Below are positions 47,603 to 56,512 of a DNA stretch of 64,000 bases, one piece after another. The position numbers and the translations under genes are program-made. Source of the stretch: Muribaculaceae bacterium (GTDB lineage Bacteria; Bacteroidota; Bacteroidia; Bacteroidales; Muribaculaceae); assembly GCA_029057985.1 (NCBI GenBank), contig JAIDYR010000073.1, forward strand, positions 5,748 through 69,747, read 5' to 3'. The notes beneath the pieces are model-generated. The model saw only the letters and a list, made by a program, of their open reading frames with translations, did not search any database and was not told where the DNA came from. Position 1 is the first letter of the stretch. Each line of letters starts with the position of its first letter.

Positions 47603-48184
47603 ATGAGGAAAGAATACCCACGGATCGACCCTGAAGATGCTGAGGCGCTGTTAAAGGTTGTCATGGATACTGCGGGACTCAAGAGCCTGAGTCCCACTTC
47701 AATTGACAATCTTGCGCAACAGATTTTCCATAAGACCGGAGATATGCTGAGTTTATCGACCTTGAAGCGGGTGACGGGATATATCAATTCAGATGTAAAA
47801 TCCCGCATCTCGACATTCGACATACTCGCACGATTCTGCGGATGGCAGGATTATAGGCACTTTCTGAGTGGTAACCCTCCGGAGGTAGATAGCGGAGTGG
47901 TTGGAAGCCGACGTATCAGTGTTGAAAAAGATATGAAGCCGGGAGAAAGGATCCGGCTTCTCTGGGTTCCGGCCCGGGTCTGCGTTGTAGAATATCTGGG
48001 TGAATTTAAATGGAAGGTCATAGAGTCAGAAGGGACTCGTCTTCAACCGGGCGATACATTCAAGTGCGCTCTGATAATAGAAGGCGAACCACTATATCTT
48101 GATGAACTTATTCATGCCGGAAAGTCTCCCAAAGTCTACGTCTGCGGACGTCGGACGGGTGTGACTTTTATTAAAGATGAATAA
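47603..48184 (+). CDS. Hypothetical protein, 193 aa: N-terminal HTH-like module + C-terminal beta-rich domain
   Basis: ATG start. The segment LSLSTLKRVTGYINSDVKSRISTFDILARFCGWQDYRHF resembles an N-terminal module I have seen on many Bacteroidota proteins. I do not recognise the C-terminal 90 aa. Its stop overlaps the kinase start (ATGAATAA). Confidence 0.6.
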   Translation: MRKEYPRIDPEDAEALLKVVMDTAGLKSLSPTSIDNLAQQIFHKTGDMLSLSTLKRVTGYINSDVKSRISTFDILARFCGWQDYRHFLSGNPPEVDSGVVGSRRISVEKDMKPGERIRLLWVPARVCVVEYLGEFKWKVIESEGTRLQPGDTFKCALIIEGEPLYLDELIHAGKSPKVYVCGRRTGVTFIKDE

Positions 48185-49484
48185 CATAGAAGATTTAGAT
48201 TCAGGATATTTAGGAGAGGATGCTGAAATAAGCTTCACAAGTCAATTTACAGATATTAAGGTAATCCGGACCACAGACTTTAACATGCTGGCCCGGGCAA
48301 AGCGTCATGGGCGTCAGTGGCTACTAAAAGGATTACCGGAGCAGTTGAGGAATTCTATGGCTGCCCGGCGGCGCCTGATGAAGGAATTCGAGATTCATTC
48401 AAGGCTTAGTCATCCCGGTATAGCAAGAGTGATGACTTGTGATGAAGTGGAAAATGAAGGGCCATGCATTGTCATGGAATGGATTGAGGGCGAGACGTTG
48501 CAGGATTATCTATCGAGCCATCGGCTTTCTTTCTCTGACCGACGCCGGCTTCTTGAAGAGATTGTAGATGCTGTCGGCTATATGCACAGCATGGGAGTAG
48601 CGCACAGGGATCTTAAGCCCACAAATATAATGATACGTAAAGCCGGGGAAACTCCGGTCATTATTGACTTCGGATTGGCCGACACTGACGATTATATTGA
48701 GCTTAAGCAATCTGCAGGAACTACCGGATATATTTCACCCGAACAAATCACTAACGGAGGAACGCAGACAAGTGACGATATTTATAGCCTCGCTTTTATT
48801 ATAAGACTGCTATGTCCGGAGTATTCACGCATTGCGTCTCATTGCCTCAAGCCCGCAGGGAAACGTCCGAATGACGGAGTCGCGTTAAAGAAGTTGCTTA
48901 TAGACAGACGTCGCCGTCCCCGCCGCATTGTTGTGACCTTACTTACTGCTGTTCTAACCGGCCTTATATTCGGAGGTGGATTTCTAATCATTCAGTCCAA
49001 GAGGCAAGTCTTGGAAGCTCTTCAGGCATCAGAAGGTATTTCTTCAAGTAATGATGCAAACATGAAGAAGGTCACTCTTTTACAGGATTCACTTGCATTG
49101 GTTACGTCGCGGATGATGACTCTGGAGGATGAAAAGAAGAAGCAGGAGATATATTTGTCAAAAATTGAGAACGCCCATAAGGAAGGAAAGATCAAAATAG
49201 ATAATTTTTTTAAAAGTTGGGATTCAAATGTAATAAGTAAGATTAAAGCAGATGAAGATCCGGCAAAAAGATCCCAAATGATTGTCGATTTTTCTTTGAA
49301 GATGCAAGATTTTTATAAGGAGATGAATGACATGATAGAGAATTATGTAAGAGGTCTTTCAAACTCAGGTATTACTCCATTGGATTGTGAGCGCATCAAA
49401 GTTGATCTAAAGAATTACTACTATGAGATCAATTCAAATTATGCAACCAAGTGGAATAAACAGATTACGTCTAAAAACCAATAG
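48177..49484 (+). CDS. Hanks-type Ser/Thr protein kinase, single-pass membrane protein with a C-terminal Lys/Glu-rich helical domain
   Basis: 435 aa. The catalytic loop HRDLKPTN begins at nt 48603. DFG is at 48666, the activation segment is GTTGYISPE, the beta3 lysine is in WLLKGL, and the TM helix is IVVTLLTAVLTGLIFGGGFLII (aa 261-283). The glycine-rich loop region (IRTTDFNMLARAK) contains no glycine. Confidence 0.85.
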   Translation: MNNIEDLDSGYLGEDAEISFTSQFTDIKVIRTTDFNMLARAKRHGRQWLLKGLPEQLRNSMAARRRLMKEFEIHSRLSHPGIARVMTCDEVENEGPCIVMEWIEGETLQDYLSSHRLSFSDRRRLLEEIVDAVGYMHSMGVAHRDLKPTNIMIRKAGETPVIIDFGLADTDDYIELKQSAGTTGYISPEQITNGGTQTSDDIYSLAFIIRLLCPEYSRIASHCLKPAGKRPNDGVALKKLLIDRRRRPRRIVVTLLTAVLTGLIFGGGFLIIQSKRQVLEALQASEGISSSNDANMKKVTLLQDSLALVTSRMMTLEDEKKKQEIYLSKIENAHKEGKIKIDNFFKSWDSNVISKIKADEDPAKRSQMIVDFSLKMQDFYKEMNDMIENYVRGLSNSGITPLDCERIKVDLKNYYYEINSNYATKWNKQITSKNQ

Positions 49485-49556
49485 ATGGCTATCATGAGTT
49501 ACGTGTTGATCGGCATGGACGACGCGTGACAAAGAAGCAAGGACTATGTCAGCAGG

Positions 49557-50015
49557 TTATGGAATACTGAGGTTTATTATGCGCTGATTTGATGAGCCTC
49601 GGAAGAGGAGATCCGGATCGCGCAGAGATTCTATGAAAGGACCCTCTACAATAGTATCTATGTTTCGGATTGCCTGTTTAAGTCGGGGATCAGCAAGAAT
49701 CTGCTCGATAGTAAACCCGGTATATAGCCAGATATTATAGCCCCTCGACTTAATGGCTTCTGCCAATGCGGCTGTCGTCTCCGGATTAATAAGAGGATCG
49801 CCTCCGGTAAGAGTTACGTCGAAATCCTCCTCTTCGATGACGGCCATAATCTCTTCAAGGGTCATCTTTAATCCGCCGTCCGGATCCCAAGACTCCGGAT
49901 TATGACATCCCGGACAATTATGACGGCATCCGGCAAGATAGACCGAAGTCCGGAATCCCGGTCCATCGACGGTCGTACCTCGCCGGATGTCAAGTACATT
50001 ATAGTAGTAATTCAT
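49557..50015 (-). CDS. nrdG: Anaerobic ribonucleoside-triphosphate reductase activating protein (radical SAM)
   Basis: 152 aa with DGPGFRTSVYLAGCRHNCPGCHN and GGDPL. The start ATG shares one base with the maeB stop. Confidence 0.9.
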   Translation of the reverse strand: MNYYYNVLDIRRGTTVDGPGFRTSVYLAGCRHNCPGCHNPESWDPDGGLKMTLEEIMAVIEEEDFDVTLTGGDPLINPETTAALAEAIKSRGYNIWLYTGFTIEQILADPRLKQAIRNIDTIVEGPFIESLRDPDLLFRGSSNQRIINLSIP

Positions 50016-52285
50016 CAGCTATTGACAATAGATTCGAGAGCTGCAATGGTAGCAACGTCTACAAGCTCATCTTCCGACGCGTTGACAGACGCGAAATAGA
50101 CGGGTTTCTTCAAACCTATCTGAAGCGGGCCGATTACCTTGCCCACTCCCATGCCGAGAAGGAGCTTGAACGTAATGTTGGCGGCCGATAGATTAGGGAA
50201 GATAAGGGTATTGACATTCTTTCCCTTGATGGTATTGAATGGGAAAGTTCTATCGCGTAGATCCGTGTCGAGAGCGAAGTTTGCCTGCATCTCTCCGTCG
50301 ACGCATATTTCAGGATACTTTTCGTGAAGTGTCTTGACTGCGTCGGCTACTCTGGCAGGTTCCTCGGAGAGGCGATTCGAACCGAAATTGCTGTAGGAAA
50401 GCATTGCCATAACCGGATTTTGATTGAAATAACGCACGGCGCTATCTGTCAGTCGGGCGATATCGACCAAAGCCTCCGAATCTGAAATAGCGTTGACAGC
50501 AGTATCAGCCAGGAAGTAAGTGCCTCCGCGAGTATTCATAATATGCATAGTCGCGAAATGATTGTAGCCATCTTTAATTCCCACGATTGAAGCAGCCCGC
50601 TCAGCCATTTTTGTCGCGGCGGAATAGCACCCGGCAAGGAAAGCATCGGCATCCCCCATTTCCACCATCATTATACCGAAATATGACCGGTCATACATTT
50701 TGTCAAGCGCCTCTACATATGATACTCCTTCACGTTCTTTCTTCGCGGCCAGGGCTTTGGCATATTTTTCCCGGTTGTTTGCCTGATTGTCATGACGAGG
50801 ATTGATTATCTCGATATCAGAGATATCAAGTCCGATGCGTGAAGCCGTGCGATTGATCATTTCAGCATTGCCGAGCAGCACGGGTATCAAGGTGCCCTCT
50901 CTATGGAGCCGGGCAGCAGCGCGCAGCATATTTTCCGAGTTCCCTTCGCCGAAGACTACGCGTCGCTTATTGTTGCGGATATGTTCGGTAATGCTTCTGA
51001 TAAGTTTTCCGTCATCACCCATGTAGGAGAGCAGGCGAGTCTGATAAGCATTCCAATCCTCAATCGGACGCGCAGCGATTCCAGACATCATAGCAGCCTT
51101 TGCAACGGCGGGGGCAACCCGAAGCAACAGTCTGGGATCGAGAGCTTTCGGAAGGATGTAATCTCGTCCGAAATGCAGATCGCTCAGTCCATAGGCCTGG
51201 TCGACTACGGCGGGAACCGGTTCCTTGGCGAGCTCTGAAATTGCATAAACCGCAGCAATCTTCATCTCCTCATTGATAGCAGATGCGCCGCAATCGAGAG
51301 CACCACGGAAAATATAAGGGAACCCTATGACATTATTAATCTGGTTCGGATAGTCACTGCGTCCTGTTGCGACAATAATATCAGGCACAGCATTCTTAGC
51401 TTCAAAATATCCGATTTCAGGATCCGGATTCGCAAGAGCAAAGACAATAGGCCGCGGAGCCATTGTCTTTATCATTTCCGGAGTAAGCACTCCGGCAACG
51501 CTGAGGCCAAGAAATACGTCAGCTCCTTCGATGGCTTCCGCCAGTGTGTGCAAATCCCGGTCGGTGGCAAATTCTTTTTTCTGCTCCGTAAGTTTTTCCC
51601 TGTCGCTTCGAATGACCCCTTTAGAGTCACACATCACGATATTCTCAGCCTTTACGCCAAGAGCCTTGTAAAGGCGGGTGCAACTTACTGCGGCCGCCCC
51701 TGCACCATTGACCACGAGCTTAATTTCTCCGATTTTCTTTTTCTGAATTTCCAGAGCATTGAGCAAGCCAGCACCTGAGATAATTGCCGTCCCGTGCTGA
51801 TCGTCGTGCATTACCGGAATGTTACATTCCTTTTTCAGCCTGTCTTCGATCTCAAAACATTGGGGAGCTTTTATATCTTCAAGATTGATACCCCCGAACG
51901 TTGGAGCGATGGCTTTAACTATCTCTACAAATTTATCGGGATCAGTTTCGTTGACTTCGATGTCGAATGCATCCAGACCCGAGAAAATCTTGAAGAGGAG
52001 CGCCTTCCCCTCCATTACGGGTTTGCCGGCAAGAGCCCCGATATCTCCGAGACCAAGCACGGCGGTGCCGTTTGAGATTACCGCAACCAGATTGCCTTTA
52101 TTGGTATATCTGTAGGCATCGGCCGGATTTTTTTCTATTTCAAGGCATGGATACGCTACGCCCGGAGAGTATGCCAGAGCGAGATCGCGTTGGGAAGCAT
52201 AGGGTTTGGTAGGAGTGATTTCAATTTTGCCGGGGCGTCCCTCTTCATGGTAAAGAAGAGCATCATCCTTTGTCACAGTTGCCAT
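50015..52285 (-). CDS. maeB: NADP-dependent malic enzyme (malic enzyme domains + C-terminal phosphotransacetylase-like domain)
   Basis: 756 aa. The N-terminus ALLYHEEGRPGKIEI.PTKP...RDLALAYSPGVA and the Rossmann motif VVNGAGAAA are present. The C-terminal roughly 330 aa are PTA-like, as in MaeB. Confidence 0.9.
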   Translation of the reverse strand: MATVTKDDALLYHEEGRPGKIEITPTKPYASQRDLALAYSPGVAYPCLEIEKNPADAYRYTNKGNLVAVISNGTAVLGLGDIGALAGKPVMEGKALLFKIFSGLDAFDIEVNETDPDKFVEIVKAIAPTFGGINLEDIKAPQCFEIEDRLKKECNIPVMHDDQHGTAIISGAGLLNALEIQKKKIGEIKLVVNGAGAAAVSCTRLYKALGVKAENIVMCDSKGVIRSDREKLTEQKKEFATDRDLHTLAEAIEGADVFLGLSVAGVLTPEMIKTMAPRPIVFALANPDPEIGYFEAKNAVPDIIVATGRSDYPNQINNVIGFPYIFRGALDCGASAINEEMKIAAVYAISELAKEPVPAVVDQAYGLSDLHFGRDYILPKALDPRLLLRVAPAVAKAAMMSGIAARPIEDWNAYQTRLLSYMGDDGKLIRSITEHIRNNKRRVVFGEGNSENMLRAAARLHREGTLIPVLLGNAEMINRTASRIGLDISDIEIINPRHDNQANNREKYAKALAAKKEREGVSYVEALDKMYDRSYFGIMMVEMGDADAFLAGCYSAATKMAERAASIVGIKDGYNHFATMHIMNTRGGTYFLADTAVNAISDSEALVDIARLTDSAVRYFNQNPVMAMLSYSNFGSNRLSEEPARVADAVKTLHEKYPEICVDGEMQANFALDTDLRDRTFPFNTIKGKNVNTLIFPNLSAANITFKLLLGMGVGKVIGPLQIGLKKPVYFASVNASEDELVDVATIAALESIVNS

Positions 52286-52304
52286 AGGTCTTTTTCAGTT
52301 GATG

Positions 52305-52340
52305 CGTGATAGTCAATACTTACGTGATAGTCAATACTTA
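52305..52340. repeat. Perfect tandem duplication of an 18-mer just upstream of maeB
   Basis: CGTGATAGTCAATACTTA occurs at 52305-52322 and again at 52323-52340, 20-55 nt upstream of the maeB ATG (52285). Confidence 0.95.
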
Positions 52341-52383
52341 ATGGTAATGCGGGCTATCAGTGGAAATTTCTTGTTATAAATGA

Positions 52384-52417
52384 TTTTCCGACGCAGAAAT
52401 ATTTCAGCGTCGGAAAA
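52384..52417 (-). terminator. Hairpin/terminator downstream of nrdD
   Basis: 11-bp stem TTTTCCGACGC (52384-52394) / GCGTCGGAAAA (52407-52417). The stem itself supplies the U-tract on the minus strand. Confidence 0.65.
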
Positions 52418-52471
52418 GATATTTAGTCTCGAAAGTATAACGTCGGAAAGGACAGTTTTGTTTGAGGGTTC

Positions 52472-54676
52472 CTATTTGTGGACAATGCGATCACGCAATT
52501 CGGCGAGTTTGCCGGAGTTCCATCTGTCGGTAGTGCCGACAAGATAGCCCGTGATGCGCTGTATTGTTTCAAACGGTGTGCCGCATTTCGGACAATCATG
52601 CTGCGACTTTGAGGCATTTTCATACCCGCACTTCGGACAGTGGTTTCGGTTATGGTTGACACTACCGTAGCCTAAGTTGTACTTATCCATCATATCGACG
52701 ATCTGCATGATGGCCTTGGGATTATGCGTCGCATCGCCATCTATTTCTACATAAAAGATATGTCCGCCGCGTGTCAGTTCGTGATAAGGAGCTTCAATCT
52801 TCGCTTTATGGCGCGGAGAGCAATGATAATAGACGGGTATATGATTGGAATTCGTATAATAGTCCTTATCGGTCACTCCCGGAATAACTCCGTAGGTCTT
52901 GCGGTCGCGTTTGGTGAATCGACCGGCGAGTCCCTCGGCCGGAGTAGCCAGGATGGAATAGTTGTGGCCATATTGCTCGGAAAATTCATTTGCCCTGCTG
53001 CGCATGTGGCTGATGATTCTAAGTCCGAGGTTCTGAGCAGCTTCAGATTCTCCATGGTGTTTACCGGTCAATGCTATCAGGCATTCTGCGAGGCCTATGA
53101 ATCCGATTCCCAGAGTCCCCTGATTTATTACGCTCTCCACAGGAGTGTCAGCTGACAAGGTCTCTGACCCATTCCAGAGCACGCTCATCACAAGCGGGAA
53201 CTGCTTCGCCAATGCAGTCTTCTGGAAGTTAAAGCGATCGTCGAGCTGCCGGGCGGTGACGTCTAAAACGAGATCGAGTTTTTCAAAGAAGCGACGAATT
53301 CGTTCGTCTTCATCCTGAATCGCCATCACTTCAATTGCGAGCCGCACGATATTGATCGTAGTGAACGAAAGATTGCCCCTTCCGACAGAAGTCTTTTCTC
53401 CATATCTGTTTTCATAGACACGGGTGCGGCAACCCATGGTCGCAACCTCATGGAGATATCTCTTGGGATCTTCCGGATTCCAGGCCTCGTCTTGATTGAA
53501 TGAAGCATCAAGGTTGAGGAAGTTGGGGAAGAATCTTCTTGCGGTCACCTTGCATGCGAGTTGGTAAAGATCGTAGTTCGGGTCTTCGGGCAGATAGCTG
53601 ACTCCTCTCTTTTTCTTCCAGATCTGAATGGGGAAGATTGCTGTGGCTCCATTGCCAACCCCTTCATAGGTTGAATTCAAAAGTTCCCGGATGACGCAGC
53701 GTCCTTCGGCGGAAGTGTCGGTGCCGTAATTGATAGAAGAGAAGACAACCTGATTGCCGCCCCTGGAATGGATGGTATTCATATTATGAATGAACGCCTC
53801 CATAGCCTGATGGACTCTTTCCGTCGTCTTATTTATTGCGTGTTGCAACAATCTCGCTTCTCCCTCCAGATCTTCAAGATCTTCATGAAGGAAGTCCTTA
53901 ATCTCTACATTGTAGAGATGGGAAAGGGACTTGCCCGAAAGTTGTTCGAGATTTTTTACCTCCTCAATAAAAGCTTTTCTTACATAAGGTGCGAGATAGA
54001 AATCGAAAGCAGGAATGGCCTGACCGCCGTGCATTTCATTCTGCGCCGTTTCCAGGGATATGCAGGCCATAACCGCGGCAGTCTCAATGCGCTTTGCAGG
54101 ACGTGAATCAGCATGACCGGCAGAGAAACCGTTTTTCAGAATTTTGTCAAGAGGATGCTGGACGCAGGTCAGGGATTTCGTGGGATAATAATCTTTATCA
54201 TGGATATGGATATAGTTATTTCTGAGAGCAGTCTTGGCCTCGCTCGACAATAGATAATCATCGACAAAGGGTTTTGTGGTCTCGGAGGCGAACTTCATCA
54301 TCATCCCTGCAGGCGAGTCTGCATTCATGTTGGCATTCTCGCGGGTGATATCATTGTTTTTAGCTTCTATGATTTCCAGGAATATGTCGCGGGTCTTGGC
54401 TCGACGTGCGATTGAGCGTTGATCTCTATAAGCGATATATCTCTTGGCTACATCCTTACGGGAGGATTTCATGAGTTCCAATTCTACGGAATCCTGAATC
54501 TCTTCTACTGTCATCCGCTCTTTTCCGCGTATTCCGACGCGATCGGTGATCCGCTGGATTAGAGGTTCGTCTTCTCCGGCATCGGTCGAGAGCATGGCCT
54601 TACGAATGGCGGCCTTGATTTTCTCTTCATTGTATCCGACGACTCTGCCGTCGCGCTTTTCTACAGTAAGGATCAT
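52472..54676 (-). CDS. nrdD: Anaerobic (class III) ribonucleoside-triphosphate reductase
   Basis: 734 aa with an N-terminal ATP-cone (VEKRDGRVVGYNEEKI), a C-terminal zinc ribbon CPKCG..CPKCG and the glycyl-radical motif RITGYLVG. Confidence 0.95.
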   Translation of the reverse strand: MILTVEKRDGRVVGYNEEKIKAAIRKAMLSTDAGEDEPLIQRITDRVGIRGKERMTVEEIQDSVELELMKSSRKDVAKRYIAYRDQRSIARRAKTRDIFLEIIEAKNNDITRENANMNADSPAGMMMKFASETTKPFVDDYLLSSEAKTALRNNYIHIHDKDYYPTKSLTCVQHPLDKILKNGFSAGHADSRPAKRIETAAVMACISLETAQNEMHGGQAIPAFDFYLAPYVRKAFIEEVKNLEQLSGKSLSHLYNVEIKDFLHEDLEDLEGEARLLQHAINKTTERVHQAMEAFIHNMNTIHSRGGNQVVFSSINYGTDTSAEGRCVIRELLNSTYEGVGNGATAIFPIQIWKKKRGVSYLPEDPNYDLYQLACKVTARRFFPNFLNLDASFNQDEAWNPEDPKRYLHEVATMGCRTRVYENRYGEKTSVGRGNLSFTTINIVRLAIEVMAIQDEDERIRRFFEKLDLVLDVTARQLDDRFNFQKTALAKQFPLVMSVLWNGSETLSADTPVESVINQGTLGIGFIGLAECLIALTGKHHGESEAAQNLGLRIISHMRSRANEFSEQYGHNYSILATPAEGLAGRFTKRDRKTYGVIPGVTDKDYYTNSNHIPVYYHCSPRHKAKIEAPYHELTRGGHIFYVEIDGDATHNPKAIMQIVDMMDKYNLGYGSVNHNRNHCPKCGYENASKSQHDCPKCGTPFETIQRITGYLVGTTDRWNSGKLAELRDRIVHK

Positions 54677-54838
54677 GTTTGAAAGTGGGATTGAGTTATT
54701 GTTCGGTATGATTTTTATGACGCAAAGTTAATGAAAGTTTTTCAAAGTGTGTATATTTTAATGCAAAAAGTTTTTGACAATTAATATTTTGGGAAATAAT
54801 TTTGAGATGCTAAAAATTTAAAATATTGAATATAAAAT

Positions 54839-54871
54839 AATTACGAAAATTTTTGGAAAACTTTCGTAATT
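54839..54871 (-). terminator. Terminator of the trkA-trkH operon
   Basis: 10-bp perfect stem AATTACGAAA (54839-54848) / TTTCGTAATT (54862-54871), followed on the minus strand by A/T-rich sequence with T-runs. Confidence 0.65.
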
Positions 54872-54966
54872 TTATACATTTCATAATATTTTAAAATGCT
54901 AATTTTGTGTATTGTGGTTTATGAGCCTAATTGGGAAGGATATGTAATCAAGACAGGATGATCGAG

Positions 54967-56442
54967 TTATTTTTTCCAGAAGCCGGGTGTAAAGATCAGA
55001 AGCACTGTGTAAAGCTCCAGACGTCCGGTCAGCATAAGGAAGGAAAGAATCCATTTTGCGAGAGCCGAAACTTGGGAATAATTACCCTCAATGCCTGTCA
55101 TGTCTGTTCCGAGCCCGGTGTTGCTGACGGCGGAAAGAGCGCAGAATATGGCGTCTTTCAAAGGCAGATTGCAAAGCATAAGGCCTACTGCGCCCGCAGC
55201 GATGACTATGATATACATGAAAAGAAAGGCGAGGGTCTTCATAAGGATCGGTTGTGGAGTTCCTTTCCCGTTGATGACTACAGTCCGGATAGCATTCGGA
55301 TGCATCATTCGATAGAATTCATTCTTTAAAAATTTGAAAAGAATGATAAAGCGGTCGATTTTTGCTCCTCCGGAGGTTGATCCTGCGCAAGCTCCCATAA
55401 TCATCATAATTATAAGAACAATGACACTTACGGCTCCCCAGTCGTGGAAATCCGGTTCGGTCAGGCCGGTTGATGAGAGGATTGATACAGCCTGGAAAAG
55501 AGGATCTATAGTAAAATCATCCCAGGAATGACCTATTCCCCTGAATAAAATATTGAGTGAGAAAATGGCATAGCACGTAAGTATTATATAGAGATAGCAG
55601 CGCAGCGCGTCATTTTTTAACATCCCTCTCCACTTCCCTTTTGTCAATCCGAAGAGTAGGGAGAAATTGACTCCTCCTAAAAACATGAAGATCGTCATGA
55701 TAATCTTTATGTAATTAGAATTCCAGCGGCCAAGGGATAGGTCAGAATTGCCGAATCCTCCCGTCGACATGGTTGATAGTCCGTAGCATACTGAGTCAAA
55801 AAGGTCCATATCAGAACTCAGCAGAAGGATTATCAAGGAGAAAGTCATGATTATATATACCATCCATAACCCTTTGGAAGTATTGCCGATACGTGGTTGC
55901 AGTTTGTCGTGAGTGATTCCTGTCACCTCGGCATTGAAAAGCATCATTCCTCCTGAAGTATTGAGCATTGGCACAATGGCAAGAGTAAACAGAATGATTC
56001 CAAGTCCGCCTATCCATTGACAGATACATCTCCAGATGAGAATGGAGTGGGGGACTCCTTCAAGAGTGTCGAGTACCGAGGCTCCGGTTGTCGTGAAGCC
56101 CGACATGGTCTCGAAGAAAGCATCGGTAATGGAGAAGTGCGTATGGCATAGCAGGAAAGGCAACATTCCGAACAGCGAGAGGATGACCCACGTAAGTCCT
56201 GTCAGAAGAATGGCCTCGCGTTGACCCATGTCTCTTGATTTTGGATGAAGACTGCGAAGTCCCAGGCCTACTCCTGCGGTAATCCCCATGCAGACAAGAA
56301 ATTGAAATGTGCTGCCCTCGCGGTATAACATTCCTACAATGCATGGCACAGCCATTATGGCCGCTTCGATGATAAGCAGCCATCCGACTACACGCAGTAG
56401 CATCGGAATATTTATATATTGTCGTTTTTTATAGGTCCACAC
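54967..56442 (-). CDS. trkH: Trk-type K+ uptake membrane subunit
   Basis: 491-aa polytopic protein with repeated pore-loop motifs (TTTGAS, STGGFG, SSTGLT, NTGLG). The start at 56442 is a GTG, and an alternative ATG is at 56403. Confidence 0.9.
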   Translation of the reverse strand: MWTYKKRQYINIPMLLRVVGWLLIIEAAIMAVPCIVGMLYREGSTFQFLVCMGITAGVGLGLRSLHPKSRDMGQREAILLTGLTWVILSLFGMLPFLLCHTHFSITDAFFETMSGFTTTGASVLDTLEGVPHSILIWRCICQWIGGLGIILFTLAIVPMLNTSGGMMLFNAEVTGITHDKLQPRIGNTSKGLWMVYIIMTFSLIILLLSSDMDLFDSVCYGLSTMSTGGFGNSDLSLGRWNSNYIKIIMTIFMFLGGVNFSLLFGLTKGKWRGMLKNDALRCYLYIILTCYAIFSLNILFRGIGHSWDDFTIDPLFQAVSILSSTGLTEPDFHDWGAVSVIVLIIMMIMGACAGSTSGGAKIDRFIILFKFLKNEFYRMMHPNAIRTVVINGKGTPQPILMKTLAFLFMYIIVIAAGAVGLMLCNLPLKDAIFCALSAVSNTGLGTDMTGIEGNYSQVSALAKWILSFLMLTGRLELYTVLLIFTPGFWKK

Positions 56443-56512
56443 TTCGGTGAAGAGGTTATTGGTGAAAGTAGAGGAGAGCTTGGATAGACAGGGAGTAAAT
56501 TGAGATATTGGT

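Noticed and set aside
54745-54760. Possible NrdR box (AAGTGTGTATATTTTA) upstream of nrdD
   Set aside because: Only one ACAC-type half-site is present, with no palindromic partner and no second box at the usual spacing.
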